Shown here piece after piece: positions 10,105 to 20,171 of a DNA stretch of 64,000 nt. The translations under genes and the position numbers were made by a program. Where the stretch lies: positions 2,464,001 to 2,528,000 of the forward strand of contig OY782041.1 of assembly GCA_963677595.1 (NCBI GenBank). Direction: 5' to 3'. The DNA is from Spirochaetia bacterium. Its GTDB lineage: Bacteria; Spirochaetota; Spirochaetia; CAKZLE01. Below the pieces are notes generated by a model, which saw only the letters and a list, made by a program, of their open reading frames with translations, was not told the DNA's origin and did no database searches. Within the stretch, counting starts at the first letter, position 1, and every line of letters begins with the position of its first letter.

Positions 10105-10132
10105 GAAAGGAAAATAAAATTGGGGGAAGAAT

Positions 10133-11656
10133 ATGGTAAAATATATTATACTTCCTCTGGCTGGAGTAATTCTAGGTTGGTTAATCCGTTGGCTGTATGC
10201 CAAGTTTCAGCTTTCTTCGACCGAACAGAAGGCTGCAAGACTCAGCGAAGAAGCGGTAAAGGAAGCGGAAGCGAAGAGTCGTGAGATACAGCTTGAAACT
10301 AGAGATCAGCTGCTCAAGGAGCGGCATCAACAGGAACGAGAAAACAGGGAAAGAAGAAACGAACTGCAGAGGTACGAAAAACGGGTTCTGCAGAAAGAGG
10401 AAAATCTAGAAAGAAAACAGTCATCGCTGGATCAGATCAAGACCGCGTTGGCTGAGCGAGAGGAGAATCTAACAGGGCGAGAGAATTCAGTGGCCAACCA
10501 GGAAGAGCAGCTCAGGGCTGAGCTGGAACGAATTGCCGGGTTGAGTGCTGAAGAGGCAAAGAACATGATCATTGCAGGCATGGAGAACGAAGCCAGGCGT
10601 GATGCCCAGGTCTTGATCAACAAGATCGAGCAGGAGACGCAGCTGAAGTCAGAGAAGCTTGCAAGAGATGTCGTGGTCACGACGATCCAGAGGATCGCGA
10701 CCGAGGTGAGCTCAGAGCTCACGGTCAGTTCGGTGAACCTCCCGAGCGATGAGATGAAAGGTCGTATCATCGGGCGAGAGGGACGGAACATCAGGACTCT
10801 GGAGACACTCACCGGTGTCGATATCATCATCGATGATACCCCGGAAGCAGTCGTCATCTCCTGTTTTGACCCGGTCAGGAAGGAGATCGCACGCAAGTCC
10901 CTGGAGCGGCTGGTGCAGGATGGGAGGATCCACCCTGCAAGGATCGAGGAAGTCGTCCACAAGGTGACGCGTGAGGTATCACGGGTCATCAATGATGAGG
11001 GTGAGAAGGTCATGTTCGACCTTGGCATCCATAATGTCAGCCAGGAGCTCGTACGGGCGCTTGGAAGACTCTACTACCGTACCAGCTACGGTCAGAACGT
11101 ACTGTACCACTCGAAAGAGGTTGCAGTCCTTGCGGGGATGATCGCCGCAGAGGTCGGAGCTGATCGGGAGATCGCCATTCGGGGCGGGATCCTCCACGAT
11201 ATCGGGAAGGGGATCGAGTCCGAGGGCTCACAGAACCATGCCGAGATGGGTGCGGAACTCGCAAAGAAGCTCGGTGAGGATTCGAAGGTACTGAATGCGA
11301 TTCTCTCACACCACAATGATGTGGAACCGAACTGTATCGAGTCGATCATCGTGCAGATCGCGGACGCGATCTCGGCCTCACGGCCTGGTGCACGGCGGGA
11401 GACGCTGAACAACTACATCAAGCGGCTGGAGAACCTGGAAAAGATCTCCAACAGCTATGACGGTGTTGAGAAGTCCTACGCGGTGCAGGCCGGAAGGGAG
11501 CTGCGGGTCCTGGTCAACAATGAGTCGGTCGACGATGTCGAAGCCAAGGAACTGGCCAAGGATATCGCGAAGCGGATCGAGGCTGAGCTACGGTACCCAG
11601 GCCGTATCAAGGTGACCATCATTCGTGAGACCCGGGTGGTTGAGTACGCTAAATAG
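10133..11656 (+). CDS. rny: Ribonuclease Y
   Basis: N-terminal TM, coiled coil, KH domain (MKGRIIGREGRNIR), HD domain (LHDIGK) and ADAISASRPGAR. Confidence 0.97.
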   Translation: MVKYIILPLAGVILGWLIRWLYAKFQLSSTEQKAARLSEEAVKEAEAKSREIQLETRDQLLKERHQQERENRERRNELQRYEKRVLQKEENLERKQSSLDQIKTALAEREENLTGRENSVANQEEQLRAELERIAGLSAEEAKNMIIAGMENEARRDAQVLINKIEQETQLKSEKLARDVVVTTIQRIATEVSSELTVSSVNLPSDEMKGRIIGREGRNIRTLETLTGVDIIIDDTPEAVVISCFDPVRKEIARKSLERLVQDGRIHPARIEEVVHKVTREVSRVINDEGEKVMFDLGIHNVSQELVRALGRLYYRTSYGQNVLYHSKEVAVLAGMIAAEVGADREIAIRGGILHDIGKGIESEGSQNHAEMGAELAKKLGEDSKVLNAILSHHNDVEPNCIESIIVQIADAISASRPGARRETLNNYIKRLENLEKISNSYDGVEKSYAVQAGRELRVLVNNESVDDVEAKELAKDIAKRIEAELRYPGRIKVTIIRETRVVEYAK

Positions 11657-11664
11657 GTTAACGT

Positions 11665-12462
11665 ATGTCAAATAAGACAGTAGAGGCTCTGTTCCTTGGT
11701 GATATCTGCGGAAAACCAGGGGCCAGAGCTCTATTTATTGGATTACGTCAGGTGATCCGCAAGTATAACATCGATATCGTCGTGGCCAACGGCGAGAATG
11801 CAGCCGACGGGTTCGGTATCATGCCCGGCGATGCGGACCAGATCCTCTCTGCCGGGGTCGACGTGATCACCTCCGGGAACCATGTCTGGCAGAAGGATGA
11901 GATCCTCGGCAGGCTGGTCTCGGACCAGAGGCTGCTGAGGCCGGCCAACTATCCTGCACAGGTCCCGGGCCACGGGCTTACCGTCCTGGAGAAGGGCGGC
12001 ATCCCGTTTGCCGTGATCAACCTGCAGGGGAGGGTCAGTATGCCGAATACCGACTGTCCCTTCCGGACGGCTGACGAGCTCCTCAAGCAGGTCCCAGGGA
12101 AGGTGAAGGTCATCCTCATTGACTTCCATGCAGAATCAGCCGAGGAGAAAGAAGCACTAGCCCTTTACCTCGACGGCAGGGCCTCGGTGGTCGTCGGGAC
12201 CCATACCCACGTACAGACAGCTGATGAGCGGATCCTGCCCGGCGGTACCGGCTATATGACCGATCTCGGGATGACCGGGTCAGCCATGAGCGTGATCGGG
12301 AGTGATCCCGGGATCTCCATCCAGCGCCAGCTGACCCAGATCCCCATGAAGAGCGAGATCTGTGATACTGAGGAGATGATCAACGGCCTGATCGCCGGGA
12401 TAGACCCCGCGACCGGCAGGACGGTAAGGCTGAAGCGGCTCAACACCTACCTGGGAGTATGA
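11665..12462 (+). CDS. ymdB: YmdB-like metallophosphoesterase (TIGR00282)
   Basis: GDICG, NGEN, TSGNH, DFHAE and GTHTHVQTAD motifs. Lies directly after rny. Confidence 0.92.
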   Translation: MSNKTVEALFLGDICGKPGARALFIGLRQVIRKYNIDIVVANGENAADGFGIMPGDADQILSAGVDVITSGNHVWQKDEILGRLVSDQRLLRPANYPAQVPGHGLTVLEKGGIPFAVINLQGRVSMPNTDCPFRTADELLKQVPGKVKVILIDFHAESAEEKEALALYLDGRASVVVGTHTHVQTADERILPGGTGYMTDLGMTGSAMSVIGSDPGISIQRQLTQIPMKSEICDTEEMINGLIAGIDPATGRTVRLKRLNTYLGV

Positions 12463-12466
12463 CCCC

Positions 12467-13243
12467 GTGAAGAGGATCCCCCTGCTCGACCTGCTCTGCA
12501 GTCGGTACCCCGACCAGGAGCGGGAGCGCCTGATGGCCCGGATCATGTGCCGGGACGTCATGGTTGACGGCGGGCGGATCGCCAACCCGAAGGAGAAGGT
12601 CCGCCTTGATGCCGAAGTAGCCTTCCTTGATGAGGCCTTCGTCTCACGGGGCGGCAGGAAGCTCGAGCATGCGCTTGACGTGTTCGGTGTCGCGGTGGAC
12701 GGCAAGGTGTTCATCGATGCCGGAGCATCCACCGGGGGGTTCACCCACTGCCTGCTCTCCCGAGGGGCGGGGATGGTCTATGCGGTGGATGTCGGGTACA
12801 ACCAGCTCGCCTACCAGCTCCGTACCGACAGCCGGGTAGTGGTGATGGAGCAGACGAACATCATGCATGTCTCCGGCCTGGAACCGGTCCCAGACGCAGC
12901 GGTAGCAGACCTCTCGTTCCGGTCCATCTCCGGAGCTGCCTCCCACATACTCTCCCAGGTGACAGAACAGTGGATGATCGCACTGATCAAGCCCCAGTTC
13001 GAGCTGCAGCAGGAGATCCCCTCCTTTGACGGGGTCATTCGGGATACCTCAGTGGTCTCACGGGTGCTGCTGAAGACCTTCACCCAGCTCTCCGAAGAGG
13101 GGGTGGGGGTCGCGGGGATCACCGAGTCCCCGATCCTCGGCACGAAGGGGAACCGGGAGTACCTGGCCCTGCTCAAGCCGTCTGGAGCCCAGACCCTGTC
13201 AGCAGCGGGATTCTCCCAGCATATAACCTCATTGTTCCATTGA
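12467..13243 (+). CDS. tlyA: TlyA-family rRNA 2'-O-methyltransferase
   Basis: S4 domain, FVSRGGRKL, DAGASTGGFT, LIKPQFE and GNREYL. Confidence 0.93.
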   Translation: MKRIPLLDLLCSRYPDQERERLMARIMCRDVMVDGGRIANPKEKVRLDAEVAFLDEAFVSRGGRKLEHALDVFGVAVDGKVFIDAGASTGGFTHCLLSRGAGMVYAVDVGYNQLAYQLRTDSRVVVMEQTNIMHVSGLEPVPDAAVADLSFRSISGAASHILSQVTEQWMIALIKPQFELQQEIPSFDGVIRDTSVVSRVLLKTFTQLSEEGVGVAGITESPILGTKGNREYLALLKPSGAQTLSAAGFSQHITSLFH

Positions 13244-13288
13244 TACCATCAGTCGAAGAGTGATTGCGCCATTGTTCCAAAGGCGTTG

Positions 13289-13870
13289 TCATTGGTACAA
13301 TGATGCATTCTCATAATAGAAGGTCGCCCCGTCGATGAGGATGACGCACTCCTCGATGTAGGGCAGGGACCGTGCCGTGGCGGCGATCTGCCGGCAGGCA
13401 TACTCGGTACCCTCGTTCCCGAAGCTTCCGGGCACCTGCAGTTCCGCACCGAACTCTATATACGCGACATTGCGGATGATGCTGCTCCCTCGCAGGGTGG
13501 TGGCCTCCGGGATCAGGGTGATGGTCCCCTCCTGGAGCTCCTCGAGGCTCGGACCCTCCAGCAGTCCCTCGATGAGCAGGTCCAAACCGTTCGAATAGCC
13601 GATCTCGATGCTGCGCGGGCTGAGGATGAGCGTACCGTTCTCCTCTGGACTCAGGAAGAAGAGGTTGGCCTGGTAGTACATCATCTGGGTCTCGACCGTG
13701 TCTGACCGCTTCTCCAGATAGGTCCTGACCGTCTCCTCGAGCTCTGACCCCCGGTAGGTCCTCAAAGCGGCCGGGATGCTGTAGACCATGGCTGCGACTA
13801 CCACGGCAGCTAAGAGGATCCACATGCCGGGAGGGATCCTGTCATGCCGGCGGGGTTCTTGCTCCTTCAT
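13289..13870 (-). CDS. GerMN domain membrane-anchored protein
   Basis: One TM followed by LLEGPS..E...TLIP..T.L and QIAAT GerMN pattern. Start ATG 13870 lies 6 nt after TTGCCC-N17-TATGCT. Confidence 0.75.
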   Translation of the reverse strand: MKEQEPRRHDRIPPGMWILLAAVVVAAMVYSIPAALRTYRGSELEETVRTYLEKRSDTVETQMMYYQANLFFLSPEENGTLILSPRSIEIGYSNGLDLLIEGLLEGPSLEELQEGTITLIPEATTLRGSSIIRNVAYIEFGAELQVPGSFGNEGTEYACRQIAATARSLPYIEECVILIDGATFYYENASLYQ

Positions 13871-13948
13871 GGGAACAGCATACCGCAAACCGTAGTGCCG
13901 GGCAACCGTGAAGATGCCAAATCATGGAGGCAACCCGGCTATTATACT

Positions 13949-13977
13949 TTGACATCACAGGTAAAAGTACGTATAGT
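13949..13977 (+). promoter_or_regulatory. Sigma70-type promoter of ptsI-der
   Basis: TTGACA-N17-TATAGT. Confidence 0.65.
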
Positions 13978-13986
13978 AGGACTATC

Positions 13987-15735
13987 ATGAGAATTGTCAA
14001 AGGGATCCCGGCATCTACCGGTATTGTGATAGGAAAAGTCTTCCTCTATGCCACACAATCACTGAAAGCACCGCGGTACAGCATCGACCCCGAAGAGGTG
14101 GTCGAGGAGCACGTGCGCTTCAGGGATGCGCTCCTGCGTGCGAAGGACGACCTTGCCAGGCTCAAGGAGGAGTCAGCCAGGAAGACGGTCGCAAGCGAGC
14201 TCGACATCATCGATACCCATATCATGATGATCGAGGACCCGGACTTCGAGCATTCCATCCTCCAGGGGATCGAGAAGCAGCTCATGAATGCGGAGTGCAT
14301 CATCGAGGACACGATCCAGATCATGGTCCAGTCCCTCGAGGGGAGCACGGATGAGTACCTGAAGGAACGGACGATGGATCTCTTCGATATCCAGAGCAGG
14401 CTCATACACCAGCTCATGTATATCGAACGGGCCTCCCTCGTCGATATCTCCGAGGAGGTGGTGCTCGTTGCGAACAACCTGCTGCCCTCGGAAGTCCTGA
14501 CCATGAACCGCGAGTTCATCAAGGGGATCGTCCTCGACACGGGGAGCCGGACCTCCCATACGGCCATCCTGGCGCGGGCCTTCGAGATACCGGCCGTGGT
14601 AGGGCTCTCGTCGATCACGAAGAAGGTCAATAACGAGGACCGGATCATCATCGACGGGATCGAGGGGAAGGTCTTCGTGCGTCCCAACAGGATCACCGAA
14701 GCAGCCTACCAGCGGAAGCTTAAGAAGTGGGAGATGCATGAGGAGGAGATGCTCACCTTCCATGACCTCTCCGCCAGGACCACTGACGGCAGGGTCGTCA
14801 GGCTGAAGGCCAACATTGAGATCCCGGAAGAGGTGGAGAGCTGCCTTTCCCATGGGGCCGAGGGGATCGGTCTCTACCGGTCCGAGTTCCTCTTCATGCG
14901 GCCTGGTGAACACGCCTCCGAGGAGGAGCAGTTCTATGAGTACTCCCGGGTGATCAAGGGCATGAAGGACCATGGTCCCGTGACCATCAGGACTATTGAT
15001 GTCGGCGGCGACAAGGTCATCCCCGGCCTCGAGGAGTTCGATGAGGAGAATCCCATCCTCGGGTGGCGGGCTGTCAGGTTCTGCCTCTCGAGGCCGGAGA
15101 TCTTCAAGACCCAGCTGCGGGCGATGCTCAGGGCGTCAGTCTACGGGCAGATGCGGATCATGTTCCCCATGATCAGCGGGGTGGAGGAACTCAACAGCGT
15201 TCTCGAGATCGTCGAGGAGGTCAAGCGGGGGCTCGTCAGGGACGGGATACCGTTCGACCAGGCCATCGAGCTGGGGACGATGATCGAGGTGCCCTCAGCG
15301 GCATTGATCGCCGACATCCTGGCGAAGAAGGTCGATTTCCTCTCCATCGGGACGAACGACCTGATCCAGTACACGATCGCGGTCGACCGGGGCAATGAGA
15401 AGATCGCCTATCTCTATGAGCCGCTGCATCCCGGCGTGCTGAGGATGGTCAAGATGATCATCGACAAGGGGCATGAGATGGAGGTCCCCGTGGGGATGTG
15501 CGGCGAGATGGCCGCAGACCCGCTCTATGTCTGTGTGCTTTTAGGACTCGGCCTTGATGAGTTCAGTATGAGTCCGGCAGGGATACCGGAAGTCAAGCGT
15601 ATCATCCGTTCTGTCAGCATGGAAGATGCACGGTCGCTCGTTGATGCGATCATCAGGATGGAATCATACGAAGAAATCAATATGTATGTCAGGAACTGGA
15701 TGGATGAACGATTCAAGATCTTCAATTACGAATAG
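13987..15735 (+). CDS. ptsI: PTS enzyme I (phosphoenolpyruvate-protein phosphotransferase)
   Basis: TSHTAILAR phospho-His motif, GIGLYRSEF, SIGTNDLIQY and MCGEMA. Confidence 0.95.
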   Translation: MRIVKGIPASTGIVIGKVFLYATQSLKAPRYSIDPEEVVEEHVRFRDALLRAKDDLARLKEESARKTVASELDIIDTHIMMIEDPDFEHSILQGIEKQLMNAECIIEDTIQIMVQSLEGSTDEYLKERTMDLFDIQSRLIHQLMYIERASLVDISEEVVLVANNLLPSEVLTMNREFIKGIVLDTGSRTSHTAILARAFEIPAVVGLSSITKKVNNEDRIIIDGIEGKVFVRPNRITEAAYQRKLKKWEMHEEEMLTFHDLSARTTDGRVVRLKANIEIPEEVESCLSHGAEGIGLYRSEFLFMRPGEHASEEEQFYEYSRVIKGMKDHGPVTIRTIDVGGDKVIPGLEEFDEENPILGWRAVRFCLSRPEIFKTQLRAMLRASVYGQMRIMFPMISGVEELNSVLEIVEEVKRGLVRDGIPFDQAIELGTMIEVPSAALIADILAKKVDFLSIGTNDLIQYTIAVDRGNEKIAYLYEPLHPGVLRMVKMIIDKGHEMEVPVGMCGEMAADPLYVCVLLGLGLDEFSMSPAGIPEVKRIIRSVSMEDARSLVDAIIRMESYEEINMYVRNWMDERFKIFNYE

Positions 15736-15739
15736 AACC

Positions 15740-17065
15740 ATGCCGACGGTCGCCATCATAGGCCGGCCGAATGTCGGCAAGTCGACGCTCTTCAACCGCC
15801 TTATCAGGAAGAGGAAGGCGATCACCGATGCTATGCCTGGAGTGACCCGGGACCCGATCTTCGAACAGTGGGTCGTGGGGGACCGTATGGTGGAGCTGGT
15901 GGACACCGGCGGTGTCAAACTCGACCAGGAGGGACTCGACTCCCTCGTCACCGAGAAGAGCTATATGGTGCTCCGTGAGGCAGACGTGATCATACTCCTG
16001 CTGGATGTCACCGATGTGACCGGCGAGGACGAGACCCTCATGGAAGCCCTGAGGCCTTATTCAGGGAAGACCCTGCTGGCGATCAACAAGATCGACACGC
16101 CGAAGCGCGATGACCTCCTGTGGAACTTCTACCAGTACGGGTATGAGCGGGTCGTCGGTCTCTCTGCAGCCCATGGGTTGGGGATCGATGCCGTGGAGGA
16201 AGCGCTGGAGGAGATGATCGACTTCTCAGCCTATGAGGGGATGGAACCGTCTTTCGAGGAGGACCGTGCGATCAAGATCGCGATCATGGGTAAGCCGAAC
16301 ACCGGGAAGTCTACGCTGACGAACCTCCTGCTTGGAAAGGAGGCATCGATCGTGAGCGAGGTGCCCGGGACGACACGGGATGTGGTCTCCGGGGACTTCA
16401 CCTACAAGGGGGCTTCCTATACGGTCCTCGATACGGCGGGCATCCGGCGTAAGAACAAGGTCGATGTCGATGTGGAATACTACTCGGTCAACCGGGCGAT
16501 CAAGACGATCGACGAGGCCGATATCATCTTCCTGATGGTGGATGCCGCCGTGGGACTCGTGGAACAGGACAAGAAGATCGCGAACCTGATCGTGAAGAAG
16601 GGGAAGGGAGTCGTGATCGTCCTCAACAAGTGGGACCTGGTGAAGGAACTCCCGAACCAGATGGAAGCTATCAAGGAACGGACCCGGTTCGTCTTCCCGA
16701 TCCTCGGGTTCGCACCGCTGGTACCCCTCTCCTCGGCAACGGGCGAGGGAGTCGAGAAGCTCCTCAGTACCGGCTGGGGCGTCTACAAGCAGCTGAACAC
16801 CCGGGCTGAGACCTCCAGGGTGAATGCCGCCTTGCAGAGGTGGCTCGAGCATTATGAGCCTCCCCGGGGGAAGAAGACCTTCTATAAGATCTATTACGGG
16901 ACCCAGACGCATGCCGCGCCGGTAGAGTTCCTCTTCTTCGTGAACCGCTCGAAGGGGTTCCCCCAGGGCTACCTGCAGTACCTCACGAACTGCATCAGGA
17001 AGGATCTCGGGTTCACCTCGATCCCGATCAGGGTTGACCTGCGGGAGAGGGCTCGAAAGGATTGA
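15740..17065 (+). CDS. der: Ribosome biogenesis GTPase Der (EngA)
   Basis: Two G domains (GRPNVGKS/DTGG/NKID and GKPNTGKS/DTAG/NKWD). Start ATG 15740. Confidence 0.96.
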   Translation: MPTVAIIGRPNVGKSTLFNRLIRKRKAITDAMPGVTRDPIFEQWVVGDRMVELVDTGGVKLDQEGLDSLVTEKSYMVLREADVIILLLDVTDVTGEDETLMEALRPYSGKTLLAINKIDTPKRDDLLWNFYQYGYERVVGLSAAHGLGIDAVEEALEEMIDFSAYEGMEPSFEEDRAIKIAIMGKPNTGKSTLTNLLLGKEASIVSEVPGTTRDVVSGDFTYKGASYTVLDTAGIRRKNKVDVDVEYYSVNRAIKTIDEADIIFLMVDAAVGLVEQDKKIANLIVKKGKGVVIVLNKWDLVKELPNQMEAIKERTRFVFPILGFAPLVPLSSATGEGVEKLLSTGWGVYKQLNTRAETSRVNAALQRWLEHYEPPRGKKTFYKIYYGTQTHAAPVEFLFFVNRSKGFPQGYLQYLTNCIRKDLGFTSIPIRVDLRERARKD

Positions 17066-17766
17066 TGTTCGGGGGCATCGAGGCTGTCGGTTTCGATATC
17101 GACGGTACACTCTATCCCGAGACGGTGATGTACCTCTGCTCCATCCCGGCTTTCTGTCGGGCACCCTTCCTCATGGCCAGGTACGGCAGGATGCGGCGTG
17201 AGATCAGGGACCTTGAACCGGCTGCATCGCCTGGACTCTTCAGGGAACAGCAGGCTCGTATGGTGTTGGAGGCGATGCACCGGGAGGTGACGCCTGAACG
17301 GACGAGTGAGCTCCTTGAGCGGATCGATACCCGTATCTACCGGACCTGGGAACACAGCTTCTCCCCCATACGGCCGTTCGCGGGCGTCCTCGACCTCTTC
17401 AGGGCCCTCTCGGCGGCATCCATCAGGGTCGGGCTCCTCTCGGACCTCCCTCTGGGGATCAAGCCTGCAGCCCTCGGGGTCGAGCCCTACTGCGATGTGC
17501 TCTTCAGTGCGGAGGATACCGGGCAGCTGAAACCCCACGGCAGGCCGTTCGAGCGGCTTGCAAAAGAGTTCGGGGTCGATGACCCGGCCAAGGTCCTCTA
17601 TGTGGGGAACAGCTATTCGAAGGATATCATCGGGGCCAAGCGTGCCGGGATGCGGACAGCCCTCTACATCCACCCGGTGCACCGGAGACAGCTTGGGGGC
17701 AGCTACCCGGATGCTGACCTGGTGTTCAGCTCCTATCCTGTACTGAAAGGGATCCTGCTGAACTGA
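17065..17766 (+). CDS. HAD-superfamily hydrolase
   Basis: FDIDGTLY, LKP and YVGNSYSKDIIGA motifs. TGATG coupling to der. Confidence 0.85.
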   Translation: MFGGIEAVGFDIDGTLYPETVMYLCSIPAFCRAPFLMARYGRMRREIRDLEPAASPGLFREQQARMVLEAMHREVTPERTSELLERIDTRIYRTWEHSFSPIRPFAGVLDLFRALSAASIRVGLLSDLPLGIKPAALGVEPYCDVLFSAEDTGQLKPHGRPFERLAKEFGVDDPAKVLYVGNSYSKDIIGAKRAGMRTALYIHPVHRRQLGGSYPDADLVFSSYPVLKGILLN

Positions 17767-17898
17767 CTGCATTGACAATCAGGCCCACACAGTCCTAGAA
17801 TAGAACGATGGTAACGTGTGTTGTCCATGAACTTCATCTTCTGATATGCCTGGATACGAGTCCAGTTGCCCAATAACACTGACTATGGCGAGGTGAAT

Positions 17899-19317
17899 AT
17901 GTGGTATTATATAGTGGATTTGGTCCTGTTCCTGCTGACCCTTTTCGTGATCATCCTGTTTCGCTACCAGGACCGAAAGGATCGCCAGATCTATCTGGTC
18001 AAGACCTATATGGAACGGGTGAAGACTGAGATCGAGGAGCGGGACCGCGAGATGCAGGCCCGTTTCACGGAGATCAACAGCCAGGTCGAGCTTCATGAGG
18101 CATCGGTTCGCACCATGCTGAAGCGGGTCGACCAGTCACTTGAGGATCTCGAGACCCATGCTGCGGACCTCTCACAGCTGCAGACCTATATCTCCCATTA
18201 CCACAGGATCATGAAGGATCTTGCCGTCCTTACCGAGAAGGCAGAACTCCGGATGGGCAGGCTCAAGGATGATATAGACCAGCTGGAGGCTGTGAAGAAG
18301 CAGCTTGCGGCAGTGGAACAGGTGAAGGACGAGTTCGAGGGCACGGTCGCAGAGCTGGAGGAAGCTCTCATCCGGGTCAGGGAATCGAAGAGTGCCGAGA
18401 TCGGGGAGTCGATCAGGGAGCAGCTCTCCTCCGAGATGGAGCAGGTCATGCTCCTCGGCCAGAAGAAGATCTCCAAGTCAGAACAGGAATTCGACCAACT
18501 CTACAACAACGCCCTCGAGGCGTTCAACAAGCAGGTGGACCGTGCGATCGGAGATGCGCTCTCTTCCATCCAGTCTGAGCTGGAGCAGTCAGTGCAGTCC
18601 GCCTTCCATGCCATAGAAGAACGATTGGAGGCTATCCCGGAGCAGGTGGTCACGGTCACCGAACCTGAGCCGGAACCAGAGCCAGAGCCGGAACCAGAGC
18701 CAGAGCCGGAACCTGAGCCAGAACCGGAACCTGAACCTGAACCGGAACCTGAGCCAGAACCGGAACCTGAACCGGAACCGGAACCTGAACCGGAACCGGA
18801 ACCAGAGCCAGAACCTGACGATGAGGCTGTCCGGTCCTGGGAGCAGGAGCAGCTGTTCACTGATGAAGCAGAAGAGGCTGCGGAACCAGAACCCGAAGAA
18901 GTGGGTGGCGAGGACGAGGAAGAGGAAGAAGAGGAAGACGATGAGCTGGTCGATCTCCTCGATGAGGACATGGTCGAAGAGGCCGTGGCTGAGGTCGAGC
19001 AGTTCATAGCCGAACAGTCTGAAGAGATAGATGATGAGCCGGAGGAAGACGAGGAGACGGAGGAACCTGCTGAAGAGGAGGGTGAACCCGACGACGACAT
19101 AGATGAGATCTACTATGAGGATGATGAGGAGATCATCCTGGAGGATGATGAGCCTGACGAGGATGAGCCTGAGAGCTATGCTGTCTCCCCTGACAAGAGG
19201 AGCATCGTCGAGGAGCATCTGAAGGAGGGGTTCTCCGTATCCGAGATAGCTGAACTGACGAACATCCCCAAAGGGGAGATCGAATTGATCAAAGAGCTCT
19301 CTGATTACGCGAACTGA
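17899..19317 (+). CDS. Membrane-anchored coiled-coil protein with (EP)26 linker, acidic region and C-terminal HTH-like motif (short SpiroCoCo-like)
   Basis: N-terminal TM, heptad-rich region, EP repeat, D/E-rich tract and [21 protein letters not shown] end. Confidence 0.6.
   Translation: MWYYIVDLVLFLLTLFVIILFRYQDRKDRQIYLVKTYMERVKTEIEERDREMQARFTEINSQVELHEASVRTMLKRVDQSLEDLETHAADLSQLQTYISHYHRIMKDLAVLTEKAELRMGRLKDDIDQLEAVKKQLAAVEQVKDEFEGTVAELEEALIRVRESKSAEIGESIREQLSSEMEQVMLLGQKKISKSEQEFDQLYNNALEAFNKQVDRAIGDALSSIQSELEQSVQSAFHAIEERLEAIPEQVVTVTEPEPEPEPEPEPEPEPEPEPEPEPEPEPEPEPEPEPEPEPEPEPEPEPEPEPDDEAVRSWEQEQLFTDEAEEAAEPEPEEVGGEDEEEEEEEDDELVDLLDEDMVEEAVAEVEQFIAEQSEEIDDEPEEDEETEEPAEEEGEPDDDIDEIYYEDDEEIILEDDEPDEDEPESYAVSPDKRSIVEEHLKEGFSVSEIAELTNIPKGEIELIKELSDYAN
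18661..18816 (+). repeat. Coding hexanucleotide repeat GARCCN x26 (Glu-Pro)
   Basis: 26 consecutive units with synonymous variation at codon third positions. Confidence 0.97.
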
Positions 19318-19505
19318 CACATTTTCTTGTATGAAAGGGTAAAAAACGCTTGACTCAGATGAAACGGTCTTAGTATGTTAAGTTTGCAGTAGGAAATACT
19401 TACACACTCTTGCTTTGTAGTGATAACACATTGAGAATTGCGGGATAGGAAAAGAATGCTCAGGAAACGACCTGGGCTTATTATGTATTTTGCGTAGGAG
19501 AATGT

Positions 19506-20114
19506 ATGGCCAGGAAGAACGAGAAGAAGACAGCTCCGGTTGAGGAAGCGGCTGCTGAACAGGCGGCCGAAGCCATAACAGAGAAGGATGAAGCACCATG
19601 TGATGAGGTGTCAGAACTCGAAGCGCTGAAGCAGTCAGCCTCGGATCTGGAGAAGGAGCTTGAGGAGTACAAGGGAAAGTACCTCCGCAAGCACGCAGAT
19701 TTCGAGAATTTCAGAAAGAGGATGCTCCGGGAGAAGGAGGACTCGATCAAGTATGCGAATACCAGCCTCCTGAAGGACCTGGTCTCCGTCATCGATGATT
19801 TCGAGCGTGCGATCAACTCTGCCCAGGAGTCCAAGGACTACGAGAGTTTCCTCTCGGGGATCAAGCTCATCGAGAAGCAGTTCGCCACGATGCTGGAGAA
19901 CAACTGGGGCCTGAAGAGGATGGAGACCGTCGGCGCTGAGTTCGATCCTCAGATGCACGAAGCACTGATGATGGAAGAGAATGCCGAATGTGCGGTCGAG
20001 ACGGTCCTCGAGGATTACCAGAAAGGGTATGTCCTCCATGACCGGGTGATCAGGCATGCGAAAGTTAAAGTGGGGAAGCCTCCTGTAGAGGCTGCTGCAC
20101 CGGCCGGCGAATAG
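19506..20114 (+). CDS. grpE: Nucleotide exchange factor GrpE
   Basis: ADFENFRKR, FDPQMHEA and GY.LHDRVIRHAKVKV. Confidence 0.95.
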   Translation: MARKNEKKTAPVEEAAAEQAAEAITEKDEAPCDEVSELEALKQSASDLEKELEEYKGKYLRKHADFENFRKRMLREKEDSIKYANTSLLKDLVSVIDDFERAINSAQESKDYESFLSGIKLIEKQFATMLENNWGLKRMETVGAEFDPQMHEALMMEENAECAVETVLEDYQKGYVLHDRVIRHAKVKVGKPPVEAAAPAGE

Positions 20115-20171
20115 GCCGGGCTGGGATACTATCATAATAAAACTACCAGTAGTGTAAGGAGAAAGGATACT

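Noticed and set aside
18661-18816. Repeat considered as a CRISPR array or phase-variation tract
   Set aside because: No spacers, and the unit is 6 nt, so slippage keeps the reading frame.
18501-19320. Poly-(SG) and poly-(FR/WL) ORFs on the minus strand
   Set aside because: Antisense read-outs of the EP and acidic repeats.
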